Shown in pieces: positions 1-8,453 of a stretch of DNA of 32,000 nucleotides; the first letter of the stretch is position 1, and each line of letters opens with the position of its first letter. The stretch is from Candidatus Electronema halotolerans (GTDB lineage: Bacteria > Desulfobacterota > Desulfobulbia > Desulfobulbales > Desulfobulbaceae), in NCBI GenBank assembly GCA_942493095.1, contig OW818675.1:2820001-2852000 (forward strand), read 5' to 3'. Made by a program: the position numbers and the translations under genes. Below the pieces are notes generated by a model. The model ran no database searches and had not been told where the DNA came from. It worked only from the letters and a program-made list of their open reading frames with translations.

Positions 1-2
1 AA

Positions 3-296
3 GACGTGTATGAAGGCAAAGGCACCTATATTTTCCCGGACGGCAGCAAGTATGTCGGCGAGCTGTCTGGCGGCTTTTTCTCCGGCCAAGGCACGCTGAC
101 CTATAAGAACGGAAAAAAATACACGGGGTCTTTTCAACATGATCTGCCCAATGGCCAAGGAACCCTGATCATGCCGGACGGCAGTGTCTATAAAGGCATG
201 TTCAAGGCTGGCAAACGCAACGGCAAGGGTGCTGTCACCCAGCCGGACGGGCGGGTGGTCAGGGGCCTGTTCAAGAATGACGAACTTGTCAAATAA
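3..296 (+). CDS. MORN-repeat protein, 5' end probably cut by window edge
   Basis: Repeated YxGxxxxGxxxGxG motifs (YEGKGTYIFPDGSKYVGEL, GQGTLTYKNGKKYTGSF, GQGTLIMPDGSVYKGMF, GKGAVTQPDGRVVRGLF). Frame is open to the window start, so the ORF-track start at 6 is probably internal. Confidence 0.8.
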   Translation, partial: DVYEGKGTYIFPDGSKYVGELSGGFFSGQGTLTYKNGKKYTGSFQHDLPNGQGTLIMPDGSVYKGMFKAGKRNGKGAVTQPDGRVVRGLFKNDELVK

Positions 297-314
297 CAAC
301 AGGAATAACATATC

Positions 315-608
315 GTGCAATGGCAATATAAAACTATCCTTATTGAATTCCAGAAGGACGGGCTGCTGGGCGACAAGTACATTGATGAGGATGAGACCGA
401 GGCGGCACTCAATGCCGAAGGCCGACACGGCTGGGAGCTGGTGACTGCGACCTTGGTCCCGGAGGGAATGCTGCTCTTCTGCAAGAAGGAGCTGCTGCCC
501 GGCGAGGAGCCGGACAGCATGACGGAAGAGGAGGCGGAGGCTGAAGAAGATGAAGAGGAGCTGCCAGAGGATGACAGCAGCGGTCTTGGCAGCATCAAAA
601 TTTTTTGA
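315..608 (+). CDS. Small protein with DUF4177-like N-terminal part and strongly acidic C-terminal tail
   Basis: GTG-start ORF; WQYKTILIEF...LNAEGRHGWELVTATLVPEGMLLFCKK resembles DUF4177; tail MTEEEAEAEEDEEELPEDD. Confidence 0.6.
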   Translation: MQWQYKTILIEFQKDGLLGDKYIDEDETEAALNAEGRHGWELVTATLVPEGMLLFCKKELLPGEEPDSMTEEEAEAEEDEEELPEDDSSGLGSIKIF

Positions 609-623
609 GCTGGGAATGATGCG

Positions 624-1676
624 GTGAGCTTTTACGTCTTCAAGCGCATTCTTCTCATGATTCCGACTCTGTTCGGCATCATGCTGATCACCTTTGCCGT
701 CACCCAGTTTGTGCCGGGCGGGCCAGTGGAAAAAATGGTCGCCCAGCTGGAGCACCGGGGCGGCGAGGCGGCGGGCGGCAGTGCCGGAGTCTATCAGGGC
801 AAGCAGGGCTTGGATCAGGAGCGCATTGAGCAGCTGAGAAAGCTCTACGGCTTTGACCAGCCGCCAGTGCAGCGTTTTTTCAAGATGATGGCTTCGTACT
901 TGGTCTTTGATTTTGGTGAATCCTATTATCACCAGAAGGATGTGACCGAGCTGGTCATTTCCAAGCTGCCCGTGTCCATGTCGCTTGGTCTCTGGTCCTT
1001 TTTCATTGTCTATTCAGTCTGCATTCCGCTCGGCATCCGCAAGGCAGTGCAGGACGGCTCCCGTTTTGATGTCTTCACCAGCAGCGTCATTCTGGTCGGC
1101 TATGCTGTTCCCGGCTTTGTGCTCGGACTGGCCCTGATTGTCCTCTTTGGCGGCGGCAGCTTCTGGAACATTTTTCCGCTGCGCGGCTTGGTCTCAGATA
1201 ACTGGCAGCAGCTCAGTTGCACCGGCAAAATATTGGATTATCTTTGGCATATCGTCCTGCCAGTCACAGCCTCGACAGTGGGCAGCCTGGCCGTGATGAC
1301 CCTGCTGACCAAGAATTCCTTTTTGGAAGAAATCCGCAAGCAATATGTGCTGACTGCCCGTGCCAAGGGTCTGAGTGAACGGCAGGTGCTGTACGGCCAT
1401 GTCTTCCGCAATGCGATCATTCCAATCATCACCGGCTTTCCCGGCTCCTTCATCACCGCCTTTTTCACTGGCAGCCTGCTGATTGAGACCATTTTTTCCT
1501 TGGACGGCATGGGCCTGCTGGCCTACGAGTCAGTGCTCAACCGCGACTATCCAGTTGTGCTCGGCACCTTGTATTTTTTCACCATCCTTGGCCTGATATC
1601 CCGGCTTCTTTCAGACCTCAGCTATGTCTGGGCCGATCCGAGGATCAGCTTTGACAGCTTGGAGCGGCGCAGATGA
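624..1676 (+). CDS. yejB: Peptide/oligopeptide ABC transporter permease, YejB-like
   Basis: 350 aa, MSFYVFKRILLMIPTLFGIMLITFAVTQFVPGGPVE N-terminus, multiple TM segments, typical EAA-type loop (LTARAKGLSERQVLYGHVFRNAIIPIITGF). Confidence 0.88.
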   Translation: MSFYVFKRILLMIPTLFGIMLITFAVTQFVPGGPVEKMVAQLEHRGGEAAGGSAGVYQGKQGLDQERIEQLRKLYGFDQPPVQRFFKMMASYLVFDFGESYYHQKDVTELVISKLPVSMSLGLWSFFIVYSVCIPLGIRKAVQDGSRFDVFTSSVILVGYAVPGFVLGLALIVLFGGGSFWNIFPLRGLVSDNWQQLSCTGKILDYLWHIVLPVTASTVGSLAVMTLLTKNSFLEEIRKQYVLTARAKGLSERQVLYGHVFRNAIIPIITGFPGSFITAFFTGSLLIETIFSLDGMGLLAYESVLNRDYPVVLGTLYFFTILGLISRLLSDLSYVWADPRISFDSLERRR

Positions 1677-2533
1677 AACGAATTGACATGTTCAGGAACG
1701 TGGCGGCAGCAGGTCTTGTCCTGATTCTGCTACTTTCCAGCGCAGGACAATCAGCGGCGAACAGCATTTCACGGGAGGAACTGCTACAGATGCTCACCAC
1801 TGAGACAGATGTTGATCCGATTCAACTCCGTGCGCTGCCTGCGGAAAATTTTCAGGAGCAGGAGCAGGGCCAGGCTGTGGGCCGGGTGCAGTGGGTGCAG
1901 GGAGCGGTTATTTTTATTCCCAAGGGCGGCTACAGCGCCTATCATTTAAATAAAAGCGTGCCTGTGGCAGTGCATGACGGCGACACGCTCATCACAGCCA
2001 AGAACAGCCGCGTCACCCTGCTGATGAACGACAAGAGCAAACTGACCCTGACCCCGCAGTCAAAAATGGTGATTGATCAGTCCTTGTATAATCCTGCCAC
2101 CAATCGCCGCGACACCAAGCTGCGGCTGCTGCTCGGACGGCTGCGGGCGGTTGTCGCCAAAATCACTGGAGAAAATTCCTACAGCATCCAGACTCCGACC
2201 GCGACCGCCGGAGTGCGGGGCACGGATTTTGCCTTGGCAGCCAATCCTGAAATGACCGCCCTGCTGACCGGCGGCGGCGATTCCACTGTGGAGCTGACCA
2301 GCGCGGCAGGCAGCCGTTTCACAGTCGGCCCCTTGTCTATGGCCGGGGTCTGTCCCACCTGCCAGCCTGATTATCTGGATCAAACCGCCTTGGATATGCT
2401 GCATGACATCGCGCCAGAGCTTGACTCAGTCAAAAAAATACGCTGTTGGCCAATCTTCAGAATGGAAACAATTTTCAGCAGGGAAAAAGTGCACAACTGC
2501 ACGGTTGACTGCGACCAGCAGGATGCCTTGTAA
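1673..2533 (+). CDS. FecR-domain periplasmic protein with signal peptide
   Basis: N-terminal hydrophobic signal; VGRVQWVQGAVIFIPKGG...VHDGDTLITAKNSRVTLLMNDKSKLTLTPQSKMVID and SYSIQTPTATAGVRGTDFAL are characteristic of FecR domains; ATGA overlap with yejB. Confidence 0.82.
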   Translation: MKRIDMFRNVAAAGLVLILLLSSAGQSAANSISREELLQMLTTETDVDPIQLRALPAENFQEQEQGQAVGRVQWVQGAVIFIPKGGYSAYHLNKSVPVAVHDGDTLITAKNSRVTLLMNDKSKLTLTPQSKMVIDQSLYNPATNRRDTKLRLLLGRLRAVVAKITGENSYSIQTPTATAGVRGTDFALAANPEMTALLTGGGDSTVELTSAAGSRFTVGPLSMAGVCPTCQPDYLDQTALDMLHDIAPELDSVKKIRCWPIFRMETIFSREKVHNCTVDCDQQDAL

Positions 2534-3568
2534 ATGAACACGGCCCGGAAAAAACAGTCCTTGGCCAGCCGCCGCTGGCGCAATTTCAAGAAAAATCGGC
2601 GCGGCTACTGGAGCCTGCTGCTGTTTGCGGTCCTCTTTGTTCTCTCGCTCTTTGCCGAGTTTCTCAGCAATGACAAGCCCTTTCTGGTCAAATACGAGGG
2701 AAGCTGGTATTTTCCGATTGTCAAAAGCTACCCGGAAACCACCTTTGGCGGTGATTTTGCAACCGAAACCGACTACCGCGACCCGTACATTCTCGACAAG
2801 CTGACAACGCCCGGCAACAAGGTCTTTTTCCCGCCCAATCCCTACAGCAGCAATTCCATTGATCTTGATCTGGGTGAGGCAGTTCCGGCTTCGCCCTCAG
2901 CAAGTCACCTTCTCGGCACAGACGACCGGGGCCGGGATGTGCTGGCCCGTCTGATCTACGGCTTCCGCCTCTCCGTGCTCTTCGGCTTTGCCCTGACCCT
3001 GACCGGCACCCTGACCGGCATTGCCGCCGGGGCGGTGCAGGGCTATTTTGGCGGACGCACTGATCTGGTTTTTCAGCGCTTCATCGAAATTTGGAGCGCA
3101 ATGCCGGAACTCTACCTGCTGATCATTTTCGCCTCAATCTTCAAGCCGAGCGCGCTGCTGCTCCTGATTCTGCTCTCGCTCTTCGGCTGGATGGGGCTGT
3201 CTGACTATGTGCGGGCGGAATTCCTCAAAGGCCGCAATCTGGACTATGTCAAGGCGGCCAAGGCCCTTGGCGTGGGCAATCTGACCATCATGCGGCGGCA
3301 CCTGCTGCCCAATGCCATGACTCCGGTGATCACCTTTCTGCCCTTCCGCATGTCCGGGGCCATCTTAGCCCTGACCAGCCTTGATTTTCTTGGTCTGGGC
3401 GTGCCGCCCTCCACGCCCAGTCTGGGCGAGCTGCTGGCCCAGGGCAAGGCCAACATCGAAGCATGGTGGCTCTCCCTTTCGACATTCATCGTGCTGGTCG
3501 GCACGCTGATCCTCTTGATTTTCATCGGCGAAGCCCTGCGGGAAGCCTTTGATCCCCGCAAACAGTGA
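2534..3568 (+). CDS. yejE: Peptide/oligopeptide ABC transporter permease, YejE-like
   Basis: 344 aa, HLLGTDDRGRDVLARLIYGFRLSVLFG signature, EAA loop YVKAAKALGVGNLTIMRRHLLPNAMTPVI, SLDFLGLGVPPSTPSLGELL. Confidence 0.9.
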   Translation: MNTARKKQSLASRRWRNFKKNRRGYWSLLLFAVLFVLSLFAEFLSNDKPFLVKYEGSWYFPIVKSYPETTFGGDFATETDYRDPYILDKLTTPGNKVFFPPNPYSSNSIDLDLGEAVPASPSASHLLGTDDRGRDVLARLIYGFRLSVLFGFALTLTGTLTGIAAGAVQGYFGGRTDLVFQRFIEIWSAMPELYLLIIFASIFKPSALLLLILLSLFGWMGLSDYVRAEFLKGRNLDYVKAAKALGVGNLTIMRRHLLPNAMTPVITFLPFRMSGAILALTSLDFLGLGVPPSTPSLGELLAQGKANIEAWWLSLSTFIVLVGTLILLIFIGEALREAFDPRKQ

Positions 3569-3599
3569 ACCCTCAACCTTATCCATCCAGCCGGGAGCA

Positions 3600-4010
3600 A
3601 TGACGACATCATCATATCAGCCTGAAAAACGGCGGTATCATCGCATCATCTTCAAAGACCCAAAAAAAATTGCCGCGCTGATCTCGCCCTTTGATCAGCA
3701 GGAAATGGAGGATGCCGCTGCCGCCTCGATTTTGAACATGAGTGAAGGCGGCATTCAGATGTCTGTGGAAAAAGAAGCTGCCGCAGGACTGTGGCGGGGC
3801 CGGGAGATCATGCTGCACGGCATCAGCGGCCTGCCTGATCTGGCCGGCCTGACCGAAGTGCCGATGCAGGTTGTCTGGATCATAGAAAATGAGTTTCTTG
3901 ATCATGTCCTGATCGGCACCGCCTTTCAGCAGCTTTCTGACCAGCAGCAGCAGAGTCTGAGTGCTTTTGTCCATGCCAGTCTTGCTCTGGACAAGGAAAG
4001 AAGAGCATAG
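3600..4010 (+). CDS. PilZ-domain protein
   Basis: KRRYHRIIFKD...ILNMSEGGIQMSV resembles the PilZ RxxxR / (D/N)xSxxG motif; GGGAGC Shine-Dalgarno just before ATG at 3600 (start trimmed from ORF track 3549). Confidence 0.65.
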   Translation: MTTSSYQPEKRRYHRIIFKDPKKIAALISPFDQQEMEDAAAASILNMSEGGIQMSVEKEAAAGLWRGREIMLHGISGLPDLAGLTEVPMQVVWIIENEFLDHVLIGTAFQQLSDQQQQSLSAFVHASLALDKERRA

Positions 4011-4042
4011 GTTCAGCACTCTTCTGTTGATAAACAACCATC

Positions 4043-4498
4043 ATGAATTTATTAGAATTATCTGGCAGCGGCAAAAAGATCGGGCTGCTGACCTTGCCTT
4101 TTGCCTTGGCCGGGCTGCTGGCAAACATCTGGCAGCCCTCGTTCTTCAGCCTGGGCGGACCGCCTCCAGCAGTCAAGGCCGCAGCCGTCCTGCTGACTGC
4201 CGCCGGAGTGACTGGCTGGGCTTGGTCAGTGGTGCTGATGCTGACCAAGATACCCAAAAGAGAATTGATGACAACTGGGCCGTATCGCCTGGCAAAGCAT
4301 CCGCTCTATACGAGCATTGCCCTGCTTGTCCTGCCGTGGGCTGGAGTCTTGGGCAATTCATGGCTGGGCTTTCTGCTCGGCGGCATTTTCTATGCGGGCA
4401 GAAGGTGGTACGCTCCTGAAGAGGAGCAGCTACTGGAGCAACGGTTTGGCAAGGAATGGGAGGAATACAAGAGCAGCGTTTTGCTGCCGTGGCTTTAA
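4043..4498 (+). CDS. Isoprenylcysteine carboxyl methyltransferase-like integral membrane protein
   Basis: 151 aa; LMTTGPYRLAKHPLYTSIALLVLPW...LLEQRFGKEWEEYKSSV is typical of the ICMT/PEMT family. Confidence 0.75.
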   Translation: MNLLELSGSGKKIGLLTLPFALAGLLANIWQPSFFSLGGPPPAVKAAAVLLTAAGVTGWAWSVVLMLTKIPKRELMTTGPYRLAKHPLYTSIALLVLPWAGVLGNSWLGFLLGGIFYAGRRWYAPEEEQLLEQRFGKEWEEYKSSVLLPWL

Positions 4499-4529
4499 AA
4501 ACGCCCAAGGCATTGCTCCGGGCCTCCTC

Positions 4530-5591
4530 TCAAGCAGCCATGCTCTTGCCTGCCAGCAGACCGCAGGCGGCGGAGATGTCCGCGCCCCGGCTTTTTCTGA
4601 TGAACACCGTGTAATGCGCCTCCATGAGAATTTGCTGAAAGCGGAGCAGCCGTTCAAAAGGCGGACTGGCATAGTTCAGGCCGCCGCCCTCGTTCATAGC
4701 CAGCAGGTTGATCTTGCAGGGAACATCCCGCAGCAGGGCGGCCAGCTTGCGGGCATCTGCGTCTGAGTCATTGATGCCTTGGAACAGGGTGTATTCAAAC
4801 ATGACCCGCTGCCGCTTTTTGCCGGGATAGTTTTTGCAGGCTGACAGAAGCTCTTCGATGGGCCAGCGGTCATTGACCGGCATCAGGCTGCTGCGGGTGG
4901 CATTGTCCGCCGCATGAAGGGACACGGCCAGATTGACCGTGCTTTGGCGGCCCAGCTCCAGCATCTGCGGCACCAGCCCGCAGGTGGAGACCGTAATCCG
5001 CCGGGCCGAGAAATCCAAGCCGCGCTGCTCAGTGAGAATGGACAAGGCGGCCAGCAGGTTGTCAAAATTGGCCAAGGGTTCGCCCATGCCCATGAAAACC
5101 AGATTGGTCAGGCCCAGCTTCAGGCCCTCGTCATCGCCCGCATTTTCCAGCAGCCAGTCGCGCACGGCGCAAATTTGATTGACAATCTCCGCCCGGCTGA
5201 GGTTGCGGCGGAAGCCCATCTGGCCGGTCAGGCAGAAGCGGCATTGCATGGCGCAGCCGACCTGCGAAGAGACGCAGAGCGTGTTTCGGTCTTCTTCCGG
5301 GATCAGCACTGATTCAATCATCAGGCCGTCTTCCAAGTGAAAGCCGAACTTGACTGCCCCGTCTGCTGAGATTTCTGTCAGCGGCTCACTGAAGCGGCTC
5401 ATGCAGGCGCGTTCGGCCAGCACCGCCCGGAACTCTTTGGCCAAGTCGGTCATCTGGGAAAAGTCCGTGATGCCGGGCCGGTAAATCCACGGCAGAAGCT
5501 GGCGGCCCCGGAAGGCGGGTTGGCCCAGCGAGACGGCATATTCCACCAGCTCGTCTTGGGTCAGATTTTTCAGGTCGGTTTGTTGGTGCAT
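4530..5591 (-). CDS. rlmN: 23S rRNA (adenine(2503)-C(2))-methyltransferase RlmN (radical SAM)
   Basis: CAMQCRFCLTGQMGFRRNLSRAEIVNQI (CxxxCxxC), NLVFMGMGEPLANFDNLLAAL, YTVFIRKSRGADISAACG. Start moved from 5762 to the ATG at 5591 (MHQQTDLKNLTQDEL). Confidence 0.93.
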   Translation of the reverse strand: MHQQTDLKNLTQDELVEYAVSLGQPAFRGRQLLPWIYRPGITDFSQMTDLAKEFRAVLAERACMSRFSEPLTEISADGAVKFGFHLEDGLMIESVLIPEEDRNTLCVSSQVGCAMQCRFCLTGQMGFRRNLSRAEIVNQICAVRDWLLENAGDDEGLKLGLTNLVFMGMGEPLANFDNLLAALSILTEQRGLDFSARRITVSTCGLVPQMLELGRQSTVNLAVSLHAADNATRSSLMPVNDRWPIEELLSACKNYPGKKRQRVMFEYTLFQGINDSDADARKLAALLRDVPCKINLLAMNEGGGLNYASPPFERLLRFQQILMEAHYTVFIRKSRGADISAACGLLAGKSMAA

Positions 5592-5963
5592 ATCATTCAG
5601 GGCAGATTGCTGAGGTAATTCCCAAATGTCCAAGGCGTTGCCTTGGGCTGTAGAAACTCCAAAGGAGTTTTTGTTCTCAATCACGGCGCAGCGGGCTGAT
5701 GAAGAGGAAGGCTCAAGGAGCACAACTTGGCCTGAAATGGTCAATACTGGGCTGGCACCCATTCAAAGCAGCCGGTTTCGTCAAGTTTCCACGTTTTGCC
5801 GTCCTTGGCAAAATGAGCCATTTTTCAGCTCATTTCTGTGCCGATGATTTTTTTCAGATAGTTGTTGCGGAAGAAGGTCATGTACTTTTGATTTTTCTAT
5901 TTACAGAGTCTGATAGTAGAAGAGTTAATGTCTATTTTTTTGAATTCAAATTTATTAAAATAG

Positions 5964-8201
5964 CTACGAACCGGCTTGATTCCTTATATTAATATAAGGA
6001 AAATTTATGTCTCCTTGACAATTAGAAATTGTCACCCAATGGTTCAATGATTCCTTAGATTCTGCGGTGCTGCAAAAAAATTGCCACGAACAATCCATCC
6101 ATATGCTTTCCGTTATATCAGCTTTATCAATCAAAATCTTCTGGAAATGACAGTCTCTCCAATGACTGCAAATTGCTTTTGCTTGATCAAGCAGGAGCGT
6201 TTGCCCCCGCAGCCCTCGAATCCACCTGTTAGATAATTGCGCGTTTCGTAAATCAACTGTAGTCAGTTCCGGCAATACGCGACCCGATGTAGCCAATGTC
6301 TCAATGATCTCTAACGCCAAATCTGAGGCATCTGACCAAGGTCGGGCCAAGGTCGCGACCAACCGCTCGTTGAGCCGCGCCAGCTCCTGTTCAGCCAGCA
6401 AGAACGTGTTATCACAAATAAATTGCTTGGTCAAGCTGGAAACCGGCTGGTCTATGCGGAACGATTCATCTTCCTGCAACTGCCGCATCAGCCAGCGGCT
6501 GAGAAAATATTCCTGCATGGAAGAATGGGAAAATCCGAAGTTATGCTCGCCGAAACGTACCAATAACGTGGAGGTGCGTAAATCTTTTTCTAAAAGTTGG
6601 CTGTTCTTATAGCTGCTGTATTGATCAGCTAATGCAGGTTGCCTTTGTAGCCAAGCGCAGAACCAGTCGTTGAGTTTGTCAATCTTCCAGAGCTGGGTGG
6701 AATGCTGCCAGAACTCTGCTGCTAAATCACTCAAAAGCTGTTGCTTGTGGCGTGGCTTAATCAAATTTTTTTCCTCATCGCGGCTTAGACAATCCTCAAT
6801 TAAGGCTTGATAAAACCCGGCGGCATTAATTGGTTTACCTTGGCTCTTTAGCTCGCGTAGTTTGGGAAGGATGCGGGATAGTTGGCGGAGAAGAAAAGGT
6901 CGTTCAGCCAAATCTTTCAGATACTTCTCTCTGTTAATAAAGGCGAAAATTTGCTCGGCCTCCTCGCTGCCGAGCAGTTTGGTCAGCAGAGCAAGCATTT
7001 GCTCACTGGAAAAAGGCAGCATCTGTAAGGCGCAGTAGTCGCTGCTGCGCAGACCGCTCCGGTTTAGGCCAAGCAAGAAGCCGTCCATCTGCCGCAACGT
7101 CTCAAAATGATGAGTACGACAGGAGATGAGCACTTTCGCCCGCGCTTGGCCTTCTTGCGGAAAAACCCGCAACAGCTCATTGAGAAACTGGCTCTGCATA
7201 TCTGCGGTGTAAAAAACCAGTTTTTCATCCAAGCCGTCAAAAATGCAAAGCAGCTTGCCCTGCTGGGCCGCCTCAATCAACTCTTTAGCTGTGTACGCCT
7301 CAGCCTGCCCATTCAGACGAAGTACGGTTTCCAGCATCTCCTCCAAAGTCGGCTGGCGGGTCTTGCCATTTACGGTGACAAAGGTCGGCACGTCGCGCAA
7401 ATCAAGGTAAACTGGCTTGGGCAGGTTTGACTCCTGCTGGCAACGTTCAGCCAGCCGTTGGGCAAACATACGGCAGGTGAAGGTCTTGCCCATGCCGTAA
7501 TCACCGAGCAAGGCATAAAGACAGGATTTGTCATCCGTCAGCCAGTCGAGCATGTCAGCCAAGGCTTCGCGGGTGGTGATTTGCTCCTCATCCGCTGCCC
7601 GCAAGTGCCGCTCACTGGCCGTGCAAATCCGTTTCAGCTTACCCTTGGCAGGAATATACTCTTCATCCTCGTACAGCTCTTTCCTGCCGCCCTCCAGCAA
7701 GCAGCAGAGCGGTTTTTGCTTTTCCGCCGCCTGCTCCTGCCGCCGCCGAAGTTCCTGCTGCCGCAGCTTGTCCATCTCCTCCGGCTTGCAGCCCTTGCCG
7801 GGCAAATACTCTTCCGGCAGATAATCCCGATTGGCCCGCCCCGTCACCTGCGGCAGCTCCTTGGGTGCTTCAGCCGAGAAACGCAGCCGGGGCGCGCCGC
7901 CTTTGGCCTTGATCCGGGCCACAGTCAAAGAGCGGAAGACCGCCGCAGCCTCTGGCCTGCCACTCCGCTCCGCCTCCTCAGCCGCTTGGGCCGCACCCGC
8001 CTTGAGCCGGGAAAGAAAACTGCGGCAGGCCCCGTCCTTGTCCTTGCTGCCGGAGAAAAGCAGCTCCGCCAGTTCGGCCCGTCCTATCTCGGCCTGCGCA
8101 TCCAAATGCGGACTGAGAGTGTTGAGATTGCGGCTGTCAGCATTGCCCAGCTCGCCGGAGCTGATCAGCAGGTCAAAGGCCCGCAGCACCTGATCAAGCA
8201 T
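5964..8201 (-). CDS. NACHT-type STAND NTPase, 745 aa, uncharacterised N-terminal region, short pentapeptide-like C-terminus; candidate anti-phage or signalling NTPase
   Basis: Walker A LLGDYGMGKT (codons at 7482-7505), Walker B-like KLLCIFDGLDEK, FSHSSMQEYFLSRWL motif typical after NACHT modules. ATG at 8201 preceded by GGAGGAACG, preferred over the ORF-track start at 8225. Confidence 0.88.
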   Translation of the reverse strand: MLDQVLRAFDLLISSGELGNADSRNLNTLSPHLDAQAEIGRAELAELLFSGSKDKDGACRSFLSRLKAGAAQAAEEAERSGRPEAAAVFRSLTVARIKAKGGAPRLRFSAEAPKELPQVTGRANRDYLPEEYLPGKGCKPEEMDKLRQQELRRRQEQAAEKQKPLCCLLEGGRKELYEDEEYIPAKGKLKRICTASERHLRAADEEQITTREALADMLDWLTDDKSCLYALLGDYGMGKTFTCRMFAQRLAERCQQESNLPKPVYLDLRDVPTFVTVNGKTRQPTLEEMLETVLRLNGQAEAYTAKELIEAAQQGKLLCIFDGLDEKLVFYTADMQSQFLNELLRVFPQEGQARAKVLISCRTHHFETLRQMDGFLLGLNRSGLRSSDYCALQMLPFSSEQMLALLTKLLGSEEAEQIFAFINREKYLKDLAERPFLLRQLSRILPKLRELKSQGKPINAAGFYQALIEDCLSRDEEKNLIKPRHKQQLLSDLAAEFWQHSTQLWKIDKLNDWFCAWLQRQPALADQYSSYKNSQLLEKDLRTSTLLVRFGEHNFGFSHSSMQEYFLSRWLMRQLQEDESFRIDQPVSSLTKQFICDNTFLLAEQELARLNERLVATLARPWSDASDLALEIIETLATSGRVLPELTTVDLRNAQLSNRWIRGLRGQTLLLDQAKAICSHWRDCHFQKILIDKADITESIWMDCSWQFFCSTAESKESLNHWVTISNCQGDINFPYINIRNQAGS

Positions 8202-8364
8202 CGTTCCTCCGCAGCAGCTTGGCAATGGCGTTGATCAGCTCGGCTATCTTGTCCGCATTGAAAGCTGCGCTCATAAAAAGCAGCAGTCCGGCCAGCAGCG
8301 TCAGACGGGCAAAGGTCAAATGCTGAAGAAGATCAGCGGCAAATTGAATAAGCTCGGTTTCCAC
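8194..8364 (-). CDS. 56-aa single-TM small protein (VETELIQFAADLLQHLTFARLTLLAGLLLFMSAAFNADKIAELINAIAKLLRRNDA)
   Basis: GTG at 8364 with AGGAGGG Shine-Dalgarno about 7 nt upstream; stop TGA 8196-8194 overlaps the NACHT ATG (ATGCTTGA). The ORF track shows a longer version from GTG 8460. Confidence 0.6.
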   Translation of the reverse strand: METELIQFAADLLQHLTFARLTLLAGLLLFMSAAFNADKIAELINAIAKLLRRNDA

Positions 8365-8453
8365 GGCGCGCCCTCCTTTGGCGGAATGTGATCGGCAGAA
8401 CTGCCTGCTTATACTGCAAGCATAGCCGCTCCGCCGGTGGAAGGCAAGTAGAA

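Noticed and set aside
4914-5312. 132-aa plus-strand ORF opposite rlmN
   Set aside because: Antisense to conserved radical SAM motifs of rlmN; composition artefact.
7458-8234. 258-aa plus-strand ORF opposite the NACHT gene
   Set aside because: Shadow ORF of the minus-strand NACHT protein, which has clear Walker motifs.
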